Shown piece after piece: positions 49,272-62,700 of a stretch of DNA of 64,000 nucleotides (the first letter of the stretch is position 1; each line of letters begins with the position of its first letter). The stretch comes from Macrostomum lignano. Its lineage: Eukaryota. The stretch spans positions 16,852 through 80,851 of the forward strand of contig NIVC01003718.1 of the NCBI GenBank assembly GCA_002269645.1, read 5' to 3'. Under the pieces are notes generated by a model, which worked only from the letters and a program-made list of their open reading frames with translations, ran no database searches and had not been told where the DNA came from. The position numbers were made by a program, and so were the translations under genes.

Positions 49272-50063
49272 AGAGCCTGCTAAGGTAACAATAACAATCA
49301 GTTATACAGCTTTTTGTCGCTAGCATGTAGTTTGCTAATTTTTTCCTGACTGACGGCTCACTCCGCGCTACAGTCTGCGGGATGAATTATTACAAACCCT
49401 CTACTAAGCCCTAGAGAGCTCACTATTGAATGTTTAACAATCGAGTGGAGGATCTAGGGACAATTTTTTACTTGCTCCTGCATCCGCTATCTTACCTCAT
49501 TTTCACTGTCTTTTTTCCGTGACAATATAGCTAGATATTCCGCCGACTCTTGTTTCTCCATCCTCCCAGAGATAATTGTTATGCAGCTGAGAAAAGTGTG
49601 ATGAGTCTCCGCATAACCACCTACTAGCTACATGTCGCATAGTCCCAGAACTGTAGCCTGCCATATAGCTGAAGATGCAGCAGACACTTACCGTCTGACT
49701 GGAGCAGGCGTAGGCGAACTGCTGGTTATATAGTGATTATCCTAGCTAGCAGTAGATTTTTACGACTTCTGACTCCGCCGCTGTGTACTGCGTATACATA
49801 TATGGCTTAATTAATTGCTTCTAACAGTAAATGGTTTAATTATTAAGCATACAGCTGAGTTGATGAAGCCTCTCGGTTTGGTACAGTAGAAAAGGGAGAT
49901 TCAATAAGATGCTGAGAGGATTGTAACTATGTTTACTTGGGCCTGCACTTTGCCTAGCTATAGTATTGTACCTTATCTTGTATTCAAGACATCGTTGGTA
50001 TCTAGAGCAAGCTCGAAGAGCTTGGTTTAATAAGGGAGTAGAACCTGCGCTTCGGGCTGTGTT

Positions 50064-50722
50064 TTGGCCTTTGACCTCTGCTCCAGGTCGTAGTTTTTGC
50101 CTTTGACCTCTGCTTCAGGTCGTAGTTTTTGCCTTTGACCTCTGCTTCAGGTCGTAGTTTTTGCCTTTGACCTCTGCTCCAGGTCGTAGTTTTGGCCTTT
50201 GGCCTCTGCTCCAGGTCGTAGTTTTGGCCTTTGACCTCTGCTCCAGGTCGTAGTTTTGGCCTTTGACCTCTGCTCCAGGTCGTAGTTTTAGCCTTTGGCT
50301 TCTGCTCCAGGTCGTAGGTTTTGCCTTTGACCTCTGCTTCAGGTCGCAGCGTAGTTTTAGCCTTTGACCCCTGCTCCAGGTCGTAGGTTTTGCCTTTGAC
50401 CTCTGCTCCAGGTCGTAGTTTTAGCCTTTGACCCCTGCTCCAGGTCGTAGTTTTTGTCTTCGACCTCTGCTCCAGGTCGTAGTTTTTGTCTTCGACCTCT
50501 GCTCCAGGTCGTAGTTTTTGCCTTTGACCTCTGCTTCAGGTCGTAGTTTTTGCCTTTGAATTCTGCTCCAGGTCGTAGTTTTTGCTTTTGACCTCAGCTC
50601 CAGGTCGTAGTTTTTTACTTTGACCTCTGCTCCAGGTCGTAGTGTGGCTCTTGACCTCTGCTCCAGGTCGTAGTTTTGGCCTTTGACCCCTGCTCCAGGT
50701 CGCAGTTTTGGCCTTTGACCCC
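50064..50722. repeat. 32-bp minisatellite, ~20 copies (GCCTTTGACCTCTGCTCCAGGTCGTAGTTTTT)
   Basis: tgacc at 50072, 50104 and 50136. Confidence 0.92.
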
Positions 50723-51447
50723 TGCTAAAAGCAGTTAGGAGCTGCTGTATATTCTGGCAATCCATCGGAGTGCTATTTGAGCAAGACGTTTTGCATTACA
50801 CGAACGCACTTATTTTTGCAAGTACCCTTTAGATAAATTTCTCGCAAATCGTTCAGTTATCACGCGCCCTCTCTCAAATCTACATGGTGAAGTGAACTGG
50901 GGTCTTGTGTAGCTCACATAAACACACGCATGCATAGCCTTGCTTTCTACATCATAGCTAGAATGTACACCCTTAAATCTGTACCGTATTGTGAGCTACA
51001 ACGAGCACAGCTGTGCAGCAAAGTTGAGTTCCAGTGTTCCAGTCGTTTTGTTTGCATCCGAAATTCCTACTTACTGAGCAATAGAGAGAGAGGAGGGAGA
51101 GAGAGGCGAAGCCAGAAAAGATGTCTGGCTGACATTGTCAATATTGTTGCTCTGTTCGAAAGGAAGAGAAGAGCTCAAAGATAGAAAGGACAGTCTGCAA
51201 GCCGCAGTGTCTGGCGCGTGCGTCTTGTGGCACTTGCAGAAAATGAGATTATTTAATAAGAGATGAGCCTGGAACAGGCGGAGGGGTTGCAGAGCAAGAG
51301 AGAGAAAAGCTACATGGGAAATTCTGAAGGCATAATTCAATACGCTAAACTGTAAAGCTGTCTAGGAAGTCGGCATCAACGATGAGTGAGTACTGTCTAA
51401 CTTGGGATCTTATGGACCCGTGCCTAAATAATTCGGGTACAAAAGGC

Positions 51448-52023
<576 letters not shown>

Positions 52024-52600
52024 CATGTGTATGCTGTTGTCCCACAAGTACTCCCAATTCTTTGACCATTTAACTATTCGAGCGCTATCCAACTCCGCTC
52101 CACTCGTTTCCGATTGCTCTCCGGAAAATACTAAACTGTTGCCGAACGCGGAGCGCTTATACATTGAAAAATCGATGTTTGAAAAAAGTGTGAGCACTGA
52201 AGTAAAAACAATTTTATATACTTTATTAAGCTTCCTAGCTAGTATTTATTCTGTTTCCGCTTTGGACAGGGTGGGTTAGATGTTACTCGCAAGTGAGGAG
52301 ATATACATGTACAGCTTAGGGACTAAACTAGAGCGAGGGACTGCATGCTAGTCATGTCTGACTGGAATTACGACTATGATAGCTATGACAGCTACTCAGA
52401 GCTGCCACTGGAGGGCCAGTGCATTGTTCTGGATGGCTATCATTGTTCGGCATGTGAGTTCACCAGCTTTCCTTTTTTGGACGTCAGTGTGTTGTAGAAC
52501 GTGAAACCGGCTTTGAGTTTTGGTATCGTTGATTATTCAATTGGTAGCTTTATTACAACATTAATTAGTAGATTAATGTTGGTAGATTATACACCTGGTT

Positions 52601-53022
52601 TCATGTTTGTCATAAGCTTCACCTGTTGATGTTGGTCATGAGCTTAATGTTGGTCATAAGCTTCATGTTGGTCATGAGCTTCATGTTGGTCATAAGCTTA
52701 ATTTTAGTCATAAGCTTAACGTTGGTCATGAGCTTCATGTTGGTCATAAACTTAACGTTGGTCATGAGCTTCATGTTAGTCATGAGCTTCATGTCGGTTA
52801 TAAGCTTAATGTTGGTCATGAGCTTTATGTTGATCATAAGCTTCATGTTGGTCATGAGCTTCATGTTGGTCATAAGCTTCATGTTGGTCATAAGCTTCAT
52901 GTTGGTTATTAGATTCATGTTGGTCATAAGCTTCATGTTGGTCATAAGCTTCGTGTTGGTTATTAGCTTCATGTTGGTCATAAGCTTCATGCTGGTCATA
53001 GGCTTCATATTGGTCATGAGCT
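52601..53022. repeat. 18-bp minisatellite (TCATGTTGGTCATAAGCT)
   Basis: 6-aa periodic shadow ORFs. Confidence 0.9.
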
Positions 53023-53638
53023 AACATGGGTCATAAACGGATGATACGCAATCGCTTCGACATCGTTAAATGAATTTCTGTTTGCACTCGCAATGCTTTA
53101 ACAGATGCATTTAAGATCGCAGTCTGACAGAATTCAATGAACAGCTTCACATATTTTCACAAAGCGAATTGCGCCTATTTTCCGGGAAAGCAGATTATCA
53201 CGCGAACGTGCCTGTGCACTTTTTAGTCAGTAGGCTGTTTTTCTGGCATTCCGCTAAGGGCATCGATGGCAGCAATGCATCCGCGCTATGCTCAGCCAGC
53301 TAAGTGTATTCCCAGTGCTCAACTGTCTCTCCTTCTCCTTCTGCTCCGAGCAAATGCTCACCTTACCAAGGGCTCTCGCTTCTCCTCCCCTCTCCTCTCT
53401 GTTTTCTCCCTTCGGAGTGGCAGTGCCCTGGAACCAATCGCTTGAGCCTAATGCGGCCTCTAATTTAGCCACCGAAAGCTGCATGCGTGATTATTATCTG
53501 ACATGCACTACTGCCGACTGAAATCGTTTCCAAGACGCAGATAGGCAGGATAACGCTCCCCACGGTATATGCAGTTGAATATTTGCCGGAAGGTAGCCGA
53601 GCAGTGGTGATGTAGCCAGCGACCAGGAAGTCAATTCG

Positions 53639-55234
53639 ATGGCTGTTTATGGCAGCTCGCTGCCCACCAGCCTGCGAGCCCTGATCTCTTGTTGCTACGG
53701 CGATCGGGACGCCAGCGAAGTCAGCTTTACGGCCGTTGGAAAAAACTGGCACCCGCTGACCCCGTCTGGTTGGCGAGAGCTGCGCCGACAACGACCGCCA
53801 AGGACGCGGCGGCGATGCCGCAGCAGCAGCGGCGGCGCTTTTGGCAGCGGCAGCGACGGAGGCGTCAGCGACGACGAACTGTCGATGAGCAGCTGTGATG
53901 GCGGCGGCTGCGGTGAGGGAAAGTTTCCATTGACCACCGGATTTGAGATCAGACGTTCTGATAGTCATACAGGTCGACTGTTGTTTGGATGTGTCCAAAG
54001 ACCTTAAGTGATCCAACTCATAAGCTAATATACCTACGACCCTATTTACTCTGGCAGCTTGTACTTCGAAGTATTTCAGACGGCAGTCTGCGACGAGTGG
54101 AGCAAATTAAGCGGAAAGCTACTCACTCAGTGGCAGGGCGCTGGGACACTCGAACCTCGAGAAATCCCCCCGACTACTCATTACCTTCCTAACGCTTAAT
54201 TAAGTGACGAGCCCAGAAATGCTGAAAAAATACTAAAGAGGGGCAAGAAGCAGAGGAGCAGACTGTCGAGAGTCGCATTGATAGGCATGGCAGTCAGAAT
54301 GTACGGCTATACAATGACCTATTGCACCGTCATAATATTTTCAAAGCGCATATAGAAGTTATGATTCTAATTTCTCCGCATTTAAGAACAATCGAATAGC
54401 ACCCTATACCCAGACTGTTTAGCTGCCAGTGCCAATTGCTAGGTGTCAAGTCACGCGGGCTCATCGCATGCCCCCCCCCCCTACCAATCTTGCAGGTGCC
54501 GCGGCTGCGGCAGCCGCTGCCGAGGATGCCGAGAGTCTGGACGGCGGATCTGGCGGCTTATTCGACTCCGTGGACGCCGATCGTACCCGGCGTCGACGCT
54601 CAAAGCCGACCGGTTCGGTTGCCGCGGTGTCGTCGAGTGCGTCGCCGTCGGCAGGCTCTGAGCATCAGAGACGGCTGAGGCAGCTGCGGAGGTACTGAAT
54701 GAGCGTCTGAGATTAGCGATTGTTGAAATGAACTTGAGATTAGCTGTATGTAGGATATAGATATATAGATTAATGATCCAGTGCTATCAGAACTTAAAAC
54801 TACTACCTCGAGGCTAATTTATCTGTTTATCTAATTTATCTAATACATAATTTATCTGTAATATATTTCACTGATGGCATTCGTGAATAACTTCCACACT
54901 ACAGACAACAGCAGCTAGCGGGAGCCTCAGCCACACCAACTACTAGTCCCTCGTCGCGTCGCTCCGCCGCCGGTGCCTCATCGCGTCTGTCGGCCACGGA
55001 CGAAGAAGCCGCCTCCGGTCTCGGCGGCAGCCCGCGCTCAACCGCCAGGACACAGCAACGGCAGCCGAAGTCGCCGCTATCGACGCGGTCGAACGCGAGC
55101 GCCAATAAAAGCGCTGGTCGTCGCAGCGGCGGCGCTGGCCGATCTGGCGGCGGCAGCGTCATTGAATCGATGCCGACACCGTCGCAGGTGTCCGGACACC
55201 ATAGTCATTCTCGACGTTCTGCAGAAGCTGCGGC

Positions 55235-55265
<31 letters not shown>

Positions 55266-58200
55266 GCGGCGGCAGCAGCGGAGGCGACTGATGTAGCTGA
55301 CCCAATGCTAGGCGCTGATTTTCAAAGCCGTCAATTAGCCGACGGTCTGCAAATCGAAGACTTCACCGACGGACCCCTGGACGAAAGCATCCTAGAAGCC
55401 TACGGAGTTGTTCGGGGCGGTCAGGAAGTGAGGAAACAGACATTTTTTCTGTTACATACAGACGTTAATTTCAGAGGAAGTCTTTATTTACAATAAGTTT
55501 GTGTAAGAAGAGCACCACCTCCTGTGCTGACTTCTGACCACATACAAGCACGCAGATACTGTACGCAGGCATACACACACAGGTGCACAGTGGTCCTGAC
55601 TTTCTAATCGAAAAGTATGTACACTCTCTGTGCCTTGGGGCTGGCCCGATCATGGGTGTTGAATCGCACGCCAACCCCCCAACAGACTAGCTTATTGTGC
55701 ATACAAGCCCCTAATAAATGCAGTGGCCTGAATGAACGGAATTGAACCCGGGGGTCTGAGCTGCTCTGCCCATCCTACTCCGCAGGAAGTCAAAGGCCCA
55801 GTAGAGAAGGTCAGCAAAGTTCGCAAACTCGGAACGCTGGAGTCGTCTGTTAAATACGACAGCTCCCAGAAAATTGTAACCGTGAAGATCATCCAGACTC
55901 ACGAGCTTCCCCGACCGGGCACGTACGACTTTGGCGGCAAGCTGGGTACGAACCTGAAGTGGAACTCCATCCAAGTGACGCTCGCTCTGCTGCCGGAGAA
56001 AAAGCAGAGAAACAAGACAACGATTGCCAAGGGAGACAATCCGCAGTTTGATGAGACTTTCATGTTCACCAACATCTCTTCGGGTAAAGTTGAATATTGA
56101 GTTTTGATAGTGCGGTCTTGTCTTGATTTTCATCATTGATTTTTCTTAGTGTCTTAGTAAGCATTTGACCATTTCCGCCGGGTTTAAAATGGCTACTCAT
56201 AGTTGTTCGGCCGTGTCAGAAACTTGCCGTTCAGTAATTTACTTTGAATAAACTTCGCTTGTAGTTACTGAGGAGCTCAGCCGCAAAGAGCTTAGTCCTT
56301 GGGAAGCTTCATCCTTTGTCCAGGAGGAGCTTAATCCTTAGTTACGTTTGTTAAAATTCGTACGAGGTGTATATGAAGTATACGAGTTGTGTAATACACG
56401 AGGTGTGGACTACAAAAAACGGAGTTCGACTAAAACTTATCTACAGTAGTGTAAGTCTTCTTAAAGCATAGCTACCCAGCTTTCATATGAGGCAGACTAA
56501 AGTCCAAGCATCTATGTTTTCATAATTTTTTAAATCATTAGTTGGGAGGTCGAAGTGCAAAGTGCTTTGAGAGGCTGATGTTGAGGAAGCGCGGCGTGTT
56601 CGATGTGAACAATTGGAGAACGATGCATGCTGGCTGCATCGTGATAGTGCCACAGTGCAAAAGGCGATTCCAGTGAAGCAGATTTTGCTAAAGTCAGGTT
56701 GCAGCAGAGTTGGGACCTCGTGTTGCTCACCCAATATTGGCACCGTGCGGTTTTTTGGCTCTTCTCCAAGGTGAAACAAGTCCTCAAATGAACAAGATTT
56801 GAAGACTTAGAGTCCATCAATCAGAGAATTACACGGGTGCTTGCTAATACGAGCTAAGCGGCATCACAAAGGAAGGCTTCCAGAGTTGAATCATTAGCTG
56901 ACACCAACGATTGAAATTTTTGAAATTTAAAGCAAGTTCTTGTTTCTTTTTAATGACACTTTTCGCAGCATTAACTTCTGTGGCTCATATTCTAGCAGGT
57001 TTTCCAATATAAAATCACAAATATAAGACTAAATTATTAATTGCCTGACCCATCGGATTTGCAGTGGAATTCGGTCGACTTGGCATCCGTTTTCGCGCCT
57101 ACGGCTGTCAGCACAAGCGTCGCAAACTGCTCATGGCTGAGAACATTCTGGCGCTGGCGTCGTTGGCGTCGCCGAAGAACGAGACAATTCTTCATCTGCC
57201 ATTGGAGCTTCGGGCTGGAGACTATGCTAGACGGGTGAGGCATCCCAGCTGGTTGTTTGTACTAAAGTCGAATTTTGTTTCAGGCGCAAAGCGTAGCATC
57301 AAGGTGTGGAAATACCCGTTCCGACATGCTGCCACCTCTTGACATGCGCTCTATGATGTAGTTTAGAGTCCACCGACTAAAGTTGGGTCAAAAAACTTTT
57401 ACATCAAGTCGTGAGTCTCTTTGATGTATCATTTGATACCAGCACCAAGTCACAAAGTGGTGCATAACATTAAACAATTCAAGTAGCCACCTAGAAAAGT
57501 TCCTATCCTCAGAGGTGAACACTTCAAACTCGATACCGAGGACTTTCTTTCGCTTTTACCATGTTTGGTTTCACAGATGTTTTCCGTGCAATGGTGCAAG
57601 ATGGAGTCATTTACAATCTCATTGCCGATTGCTTCCATTCATCCTCACAGGGTTCTGAAGATGCCAAAGATGACGCTGACGAGTTGCAAGTGGACGGTTG
57701 GACGTCGTTAGGAGTCACCGGATTTCCGGAATTATTTGTTGGTATAACGTACAACGCCTCAACTGGTCAGCTAGCTACCGAGATTATCAAGGGCAGCTCG
57801 TTTAAGCTTCCTGGAATGTCCAGAACACCTGGTGAGTACGAATTTAAGATTCATTAATTTCGAATAACATGACTACTTTTGATTAACAAAATATGCCTCA
57901 TCATTTAAAACAATACAACTCATAATTTACTTCAGAAACGTACGTTAAAATATCTCTAATGGCGTCGAATGGTCACGTGCTATTCAAATCGAAGACAACT
58001 TCATCTGAGGGCACTCAGAACCCGATGTGGAAGGAGAACTTTGTATTTCCAGTCAACAAATTTCAGCTTACTGACATGACCATTATGGTGGCCGTGTACG
58101 CTAAAAAGACTATGAATAGACGAGAAATCATTGGTTGGTTCTCTATCGGTAAGTTAAAGTAATTTTTTATGTATACTATCACTAAATATAGATATTTAGA

Positions 58201-58677
58201 ACTGTCCCCAAAGTGACCCATCAGCAAAGCGACCCGTCACCAAAGTGACCCGTCACCAAAGCGACCCGTCACTAAAGTAACCCGTCACCAAAATGACCCG
58301 TCACCAAAGTGACCCGTCACCAAAATGACCCGTCACCAAAATGACTCGTCACTTGACGTCAGCTTTGTTGACTGCAAAACCAACTGCACTGTTACAATGT
58401 ATCCTACTTTCGTTCCAAAAAGGCTGCAACAACAGCGGAGAAGAGGAGCTGGCCCATTGGCAGGTCACCAAAGTGACCCGTCACCAAAGACCCGTCTCAC
58501 CAAAATGACCCGTCACCAAAGTGAGTCACCAAAATGGTCACCAAAATGACTCACTTGACGTCAGGCATGCGCACTGTTACAATGTATCCTACAAAAAGGC
58601 TGCAACAACAGCGGAGAAGAGGAGCTGATTGGCAGGACATGAAAGACGCTCACGGCGAGCCGGTAACACTGACCTGA
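53639..58677 (+). CDS. SYT14: Synaptotagmin-14/16-like tandem C2 protein
   Basis: In-phase exons 53639-53912, 54496-54691, 54905-55427, 55786-56083, 57065-57234, 57651-57831, 57936-58148, 58423-58463 and possibly 58636-58677. C2A (LLPEKKQRNKT..AKGDNPQFDETF), C2B (PELFVGITYNASTGQL..EIIKGSSF; TYVKISL; KENFVF; IGWFSIG; NNSGEEELAHW) resemble Syt14/16. N-terminus and last exon uncertain. Confidence 0.82.
58205..58550. repeat. 16-bp self-complementary minisatellite (GACCCGTCACCAAAGT) in two blocks around a duplicated exon
   Basis: gaccc at 58215, 58231 and 58247. Blocks ~58205-58350 and 58464-58550. Contains GTCAC/GTGAC inverted halves. Confidence 0.85.
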
Positions 58678-59386
58678 AATCCTAAACGAAGTACAATATT
58701 ATTCAAAGAAACTCTTTTGTGGAACAAGGGAAATAATTACTGGCATCTTTCGCCGTGTTCAACTGCAGCAATCGGTGCTCACCGGACGCGCACCCTCCTG
58801 TTCAGGAGACCTCGTTAACACTCTCTTTTCTTTTCCCGAAGCCGCTCTGTATTATTACTCAAATTTTTATTATGATTACGTAATATTTTAATGCTATAAT
58901 CTCTGATTGTCATGCATGTATTCGTTTTGGGTGAATATTTTTCCAAAGCTGTTATAATTTGGCTTGAAGCCGACAGTTCATTGTGGTATTATGCTGATTG
59001 CCAATCTAATTTAACCTTCTTAAATTATTCCTCATTGGCACTGCAACACAGTTGCCGGCAGTAAATGTCAGAGTTAAATTGTTTGTTCGACTGTATCAAC
59101 GGTTAAAATATAAATTTATCTATCCACGAAAAATATTTATTTACATTGTCATATGCGAAGACTAAAACGATAATATTTATGATTGTAAACAGTTCCGCCT
59201 GGCTCAAAGAAATTATCTAAGAAGACTAGAAGCGTTTTATAAATGGAAAAAATTATTATCGTGGATAATGAACTTCATACTCGCGCAGTAGAGTCAACTG
59301 CATATGCATTAAGATTTAAACAAAATTCAAATTGACAGAAAGCCAATACTTTTAGTTAAACTACCGCACTAGTAACATTAATAATT

Positions 59387-59651
59387 GATTACATCTGCCC
59401 AATGGCCAGATGTGCAACCGACAGCTCAGCCGAAGCTATTGCGCGGCGCATCTGAAGGCTGCGTACGGCTGTTCAGTCTAAGGAGTGGAGGGGAGCTAAT
59501 GCTGGCACCCATTTTACAGGTGAGTGAATTGAAGCAATGCAGAGTTAAGTGTCTTGCTCAATGACACAAATTGTTCCAAGTGGGATCGGGAATCGAACCC
59601 CCAACTATTCAGTCGTGAGTCGGGCGCTCTAACCACTAGGCTACAACTCCC
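59387..59651 (-). mobile_element. tRNA-derived SINE with CORE/Meta-like central domain
   Basis: Minus strand: GGGAGTTGTAGCCTAGTGGTTAGAGCG (A box)...GGTTCGATTCC (B box), then TGTGTCATTGAGCAAGACACTTAACTCTG...CACCTGTAAAATGGG. The 3' end has an ACATCTG/CAGATGT stem followed by TGTAAT. A second partial copy lies at 11252. Confidence 0.8.
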
Positions 59652-59745
59652 TACACTAGATCATACAAAATAAGAACTAGCACTTTTACTGCAAGTAGAA
59701 AGATGCGATTTTTAAAAGTAAATTTCAAGAGAAACATTAAATTAA

Positions 59746-62700
59746 CAGTAGAACTACCAAGGGGGGGGGAAAAATTTCCCCCCCCCTGACAATTTTTTTT
59801 GCTGCGCCGGAACGGAGCAACGCAGACACACAAAATTCAAGAACACGGGCTAACTTTTTGTTGCGCACCTTCTCAAACAAGAATCAAGTCGCCAGCCCTC
59901 CGGACCGTCGAGATATTCGACGATTCTGCCAGAAGGTCGGATTTTTCCCATAAGCGCTAGTGTATTCAGTACACCCCTGTGCGCCAATCAGCACTGCGCC
60001 TCAGTGCAGCCTTGCCAAGTCTCCAAATTTCATCAGCACGTCGACCACATGTGTCTGCATCAGCTCTGACTTCGTTGGTCACTAGCCTTCACCCAGGCGG
60101 AGCTTCTGGACCTTCAACAGGTGGCACCAAGTGACTATGGACACTCTGATACGAATTTCTCGAGTTTCGCTGATCAAGCCTCGACAGTGGGCATACCTCA
60201 ACTGCTAGGTATCCTCAGCTAGTCTCTCGAGCCTTCCATCATCACCCCGACGCCGTCGGCACCTTCAACGGATTACACCAGGTGACTATGAACACCCTGA
60301 TGCAAATTTCTCTAGTTTCGCTGATCAAGCCTTGCCAATGGGCAAGCCTCAACCGCGAAACATCTTCAGCTAGTCTCTCAAGCATTCAGTCATCACCCCG
60401 ACGCCGTCGGCACCTTCAACAGATGACACCAGGCGACTATGAACTTTGATGCGAATTTCTCTAGTTTCGCTGATCAAGCCTCGACAGTGAGCAAGCCTCA
60501 ACTTCTGGACACCCTCAGCTAGTCTCTCAAGCATTCCGTCATCATCCCGACGCCGTCGGCACCTTCAACAGGTGGCACCAGGTGACTATGAACACCTTGA
60601 TGCGAACTTCTCGAGTTTCACCGATCAAGCCTCGACAGTAGGCAAGCCTCAACTGCCGGACACCCTCAGCTAGTCTCTCAAGCATTCCGTCATCATCCCG
60701 ACGCCGTCGGCACCTTCAACAGGTGGCACCAGGTGACTATGAACACCTTGATGCGAACTTCTCGAGTTTCACCGATCAAGCCTCGACAGTAGGCAAGCCT
60801 CAACTGCCGGATACCCTCAGCTAGTCTCTCAAGCATTCAGTCATCACTCGGACGCCGTCGGCACCTTCAACAGATGACACCAGGTGACTATGAACACCTT
60901 GATGCGAACTTCTCGAGTTTCACCGATCAAGCCTCGACAGTAGGCAAGCCTCAACTGCCGGATACCCTCAGCTAGTCTCTCAAGCATTCCGTCATCATCC
61001 CGACGCCGTCGGCACCTTCAACAGGTGGCACCAGGTGACTATGAACACCTTGATGCGAACTTCTCGAGTGAAGTGACGGTTCATTGGTTTGCTAGCATGG
61101 GTAACTGTGTGCGGTTTTTTGCTTAACTTTATTCTGCTAACTCAGTCACTTTGCAATTCAGTGCAATTCAGTGTACATCGTTGCTCTAGCCTTGCCTCGC
61201 CCCTTAAGTCCCTCCACTTGCTCAATCATGCAGTGCATCAATATAGTTCAATACTCCACTTCAATATTTTCAATAGTCGCAATATTTAAACCATTGCTCT
61301 CGATCTGTGTCTCGTCAAGCAACTTAGACTATTCTACTACTGCAAATATATCGCAAGAATTTATACTCGTTCAAACAACATTCGATTCCTGACTTTCGCG
61401 TCACGTCATCGAGTTTCACCGATCAAGCCTCGACAGTGGGCAAGCCTCAACTGCTGGACATCCTCAGCTAGTCTCTCAAGCATTCCGTCATCATCCGGAC
61501 GCCGTCGGCTCTTTCAACAGATGACACCAGGGGAGTAAGGACACCTGAGCGTGATTTTTCATCATGCTCTTAACATTTCTGAAGCTCTCAAAATTTTTCA
61601 AGCACGGACATTGCTATAGTTCAGCTTGAACTCATGTTGCTGTATATTTATATTATTATTACACATACTTTTATGCATACGAGCTACATACATATTTTAT
61701 TCGAAAAGCTGTTTAGTTTATTCAGCTATAATATTGAACCCAATGCAGAAAGGGTTATGCTTTTAAAAAGCCAGTAAATTCAGTCGGTTTTTTCATTTTT
61801 TAATGATTCAGAAATGTTAAGAGCATGATGAAAAATCACGCTCACGTGTCATTACTCCCCTGGTGCCACCTGTTGAAGGTGCCGACGGCGTCGGGGTGAT
61901 GACGGAATGCTTGACTGACTAGCTGAGGATGTCCGGCAGTTGAGGCTTGCCTACTGTCGAGGCTTGATCGGTGAAACTCGAGAAGTTCGCATCAAGGTGT
62001 TCATAGTCACCTGGTGCCACCTGTTGAAGGTGCCGACGGCGTCGGGGTGATGACTGAATGCTTGAGAGACTAGCTGAAGATGTTTCGCGGTTGAGGCTTG
62101 CCCATTGGCAAGGCTTGATCAGCGAAACTAGAGAAATTTGCATCAGGGTGTTCATAGTCACCTGGTGTAATCCGTTGAAGGTGCCGACGGCGTCGGGATG
62201 ATGACGGAATGCTTGAGAGACTAGCTGAGGGTATCCGGCAGTTGAGGCTTGCCTACTGTCGAGGCTTGATCGGTGAAACTCGAGAAGTTCGCATCAAGGT
62301 GTTCATAGTCACCTGGTGTCATCTGTTGAAGGTGCCGACGGCGTCCGAGTGATGACTGAATGCTTGAGAGACTAGCTGAGGGTATCCGGCAGTTGAGGCT
62401 TGCCTACTGTCGAGGCTTGATCGGTGAAACTCGAGAAGTTCGCATCAAGGTGTTCATAGTCACCTGGTGCCACCTGTTGAAGGTGCCGACGGCGTCGGGA
62501 TGATGACGGAATGCTTGAGAGACTAGCTGAGGGTGTCCGGCAGTTGAGGCTTGCCTACTGTCGAGGCTTGATCGGTGAAACTCGAGAAGTTCGCATCAAG
62601 GTGTTCATAGTCACCTGGTGCCACCTGTTGAAGGTGCCGACGGCGTCGGGATGATGACGGAATGCTTGAGAGACTAGCTGAGGGTGTCCAGAAGTTGAGG

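Noticed and set aside
49409-49460. Second hairpin near the miRNA candidate (ccctaga...tctaggg)
   Set aside because: Large internal loop and few contiguous pairs; not convincing.
52354-52453. Possible first exon of the Syt14/16-like gene (MSDWNYDYDSY...HCSA, donor GTGAGT)
   Set aside because: The only phase-compatible acceptor I found (53615) lacks a pyrimidine tract, and no transmembrane exon was found; needs RNA data.
55725-55780. B-box-like GGTTCAATTCC on the minus strand as a tRNA gene
   Set aside because: No cloverleaf or proper A box; at most a SINE remnant overlapping an acceptor region. No true tRNA or rRNA gene was seen in the window.
57284-57357. Possible extra Syt linker exon (AQSVASRCGNTRSDMLPPLDMRSM)
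   Set aside because: Its donor candidates are phase 2 and do not join the phase-0 acceptor at 57651; skipping it keeps the frame.
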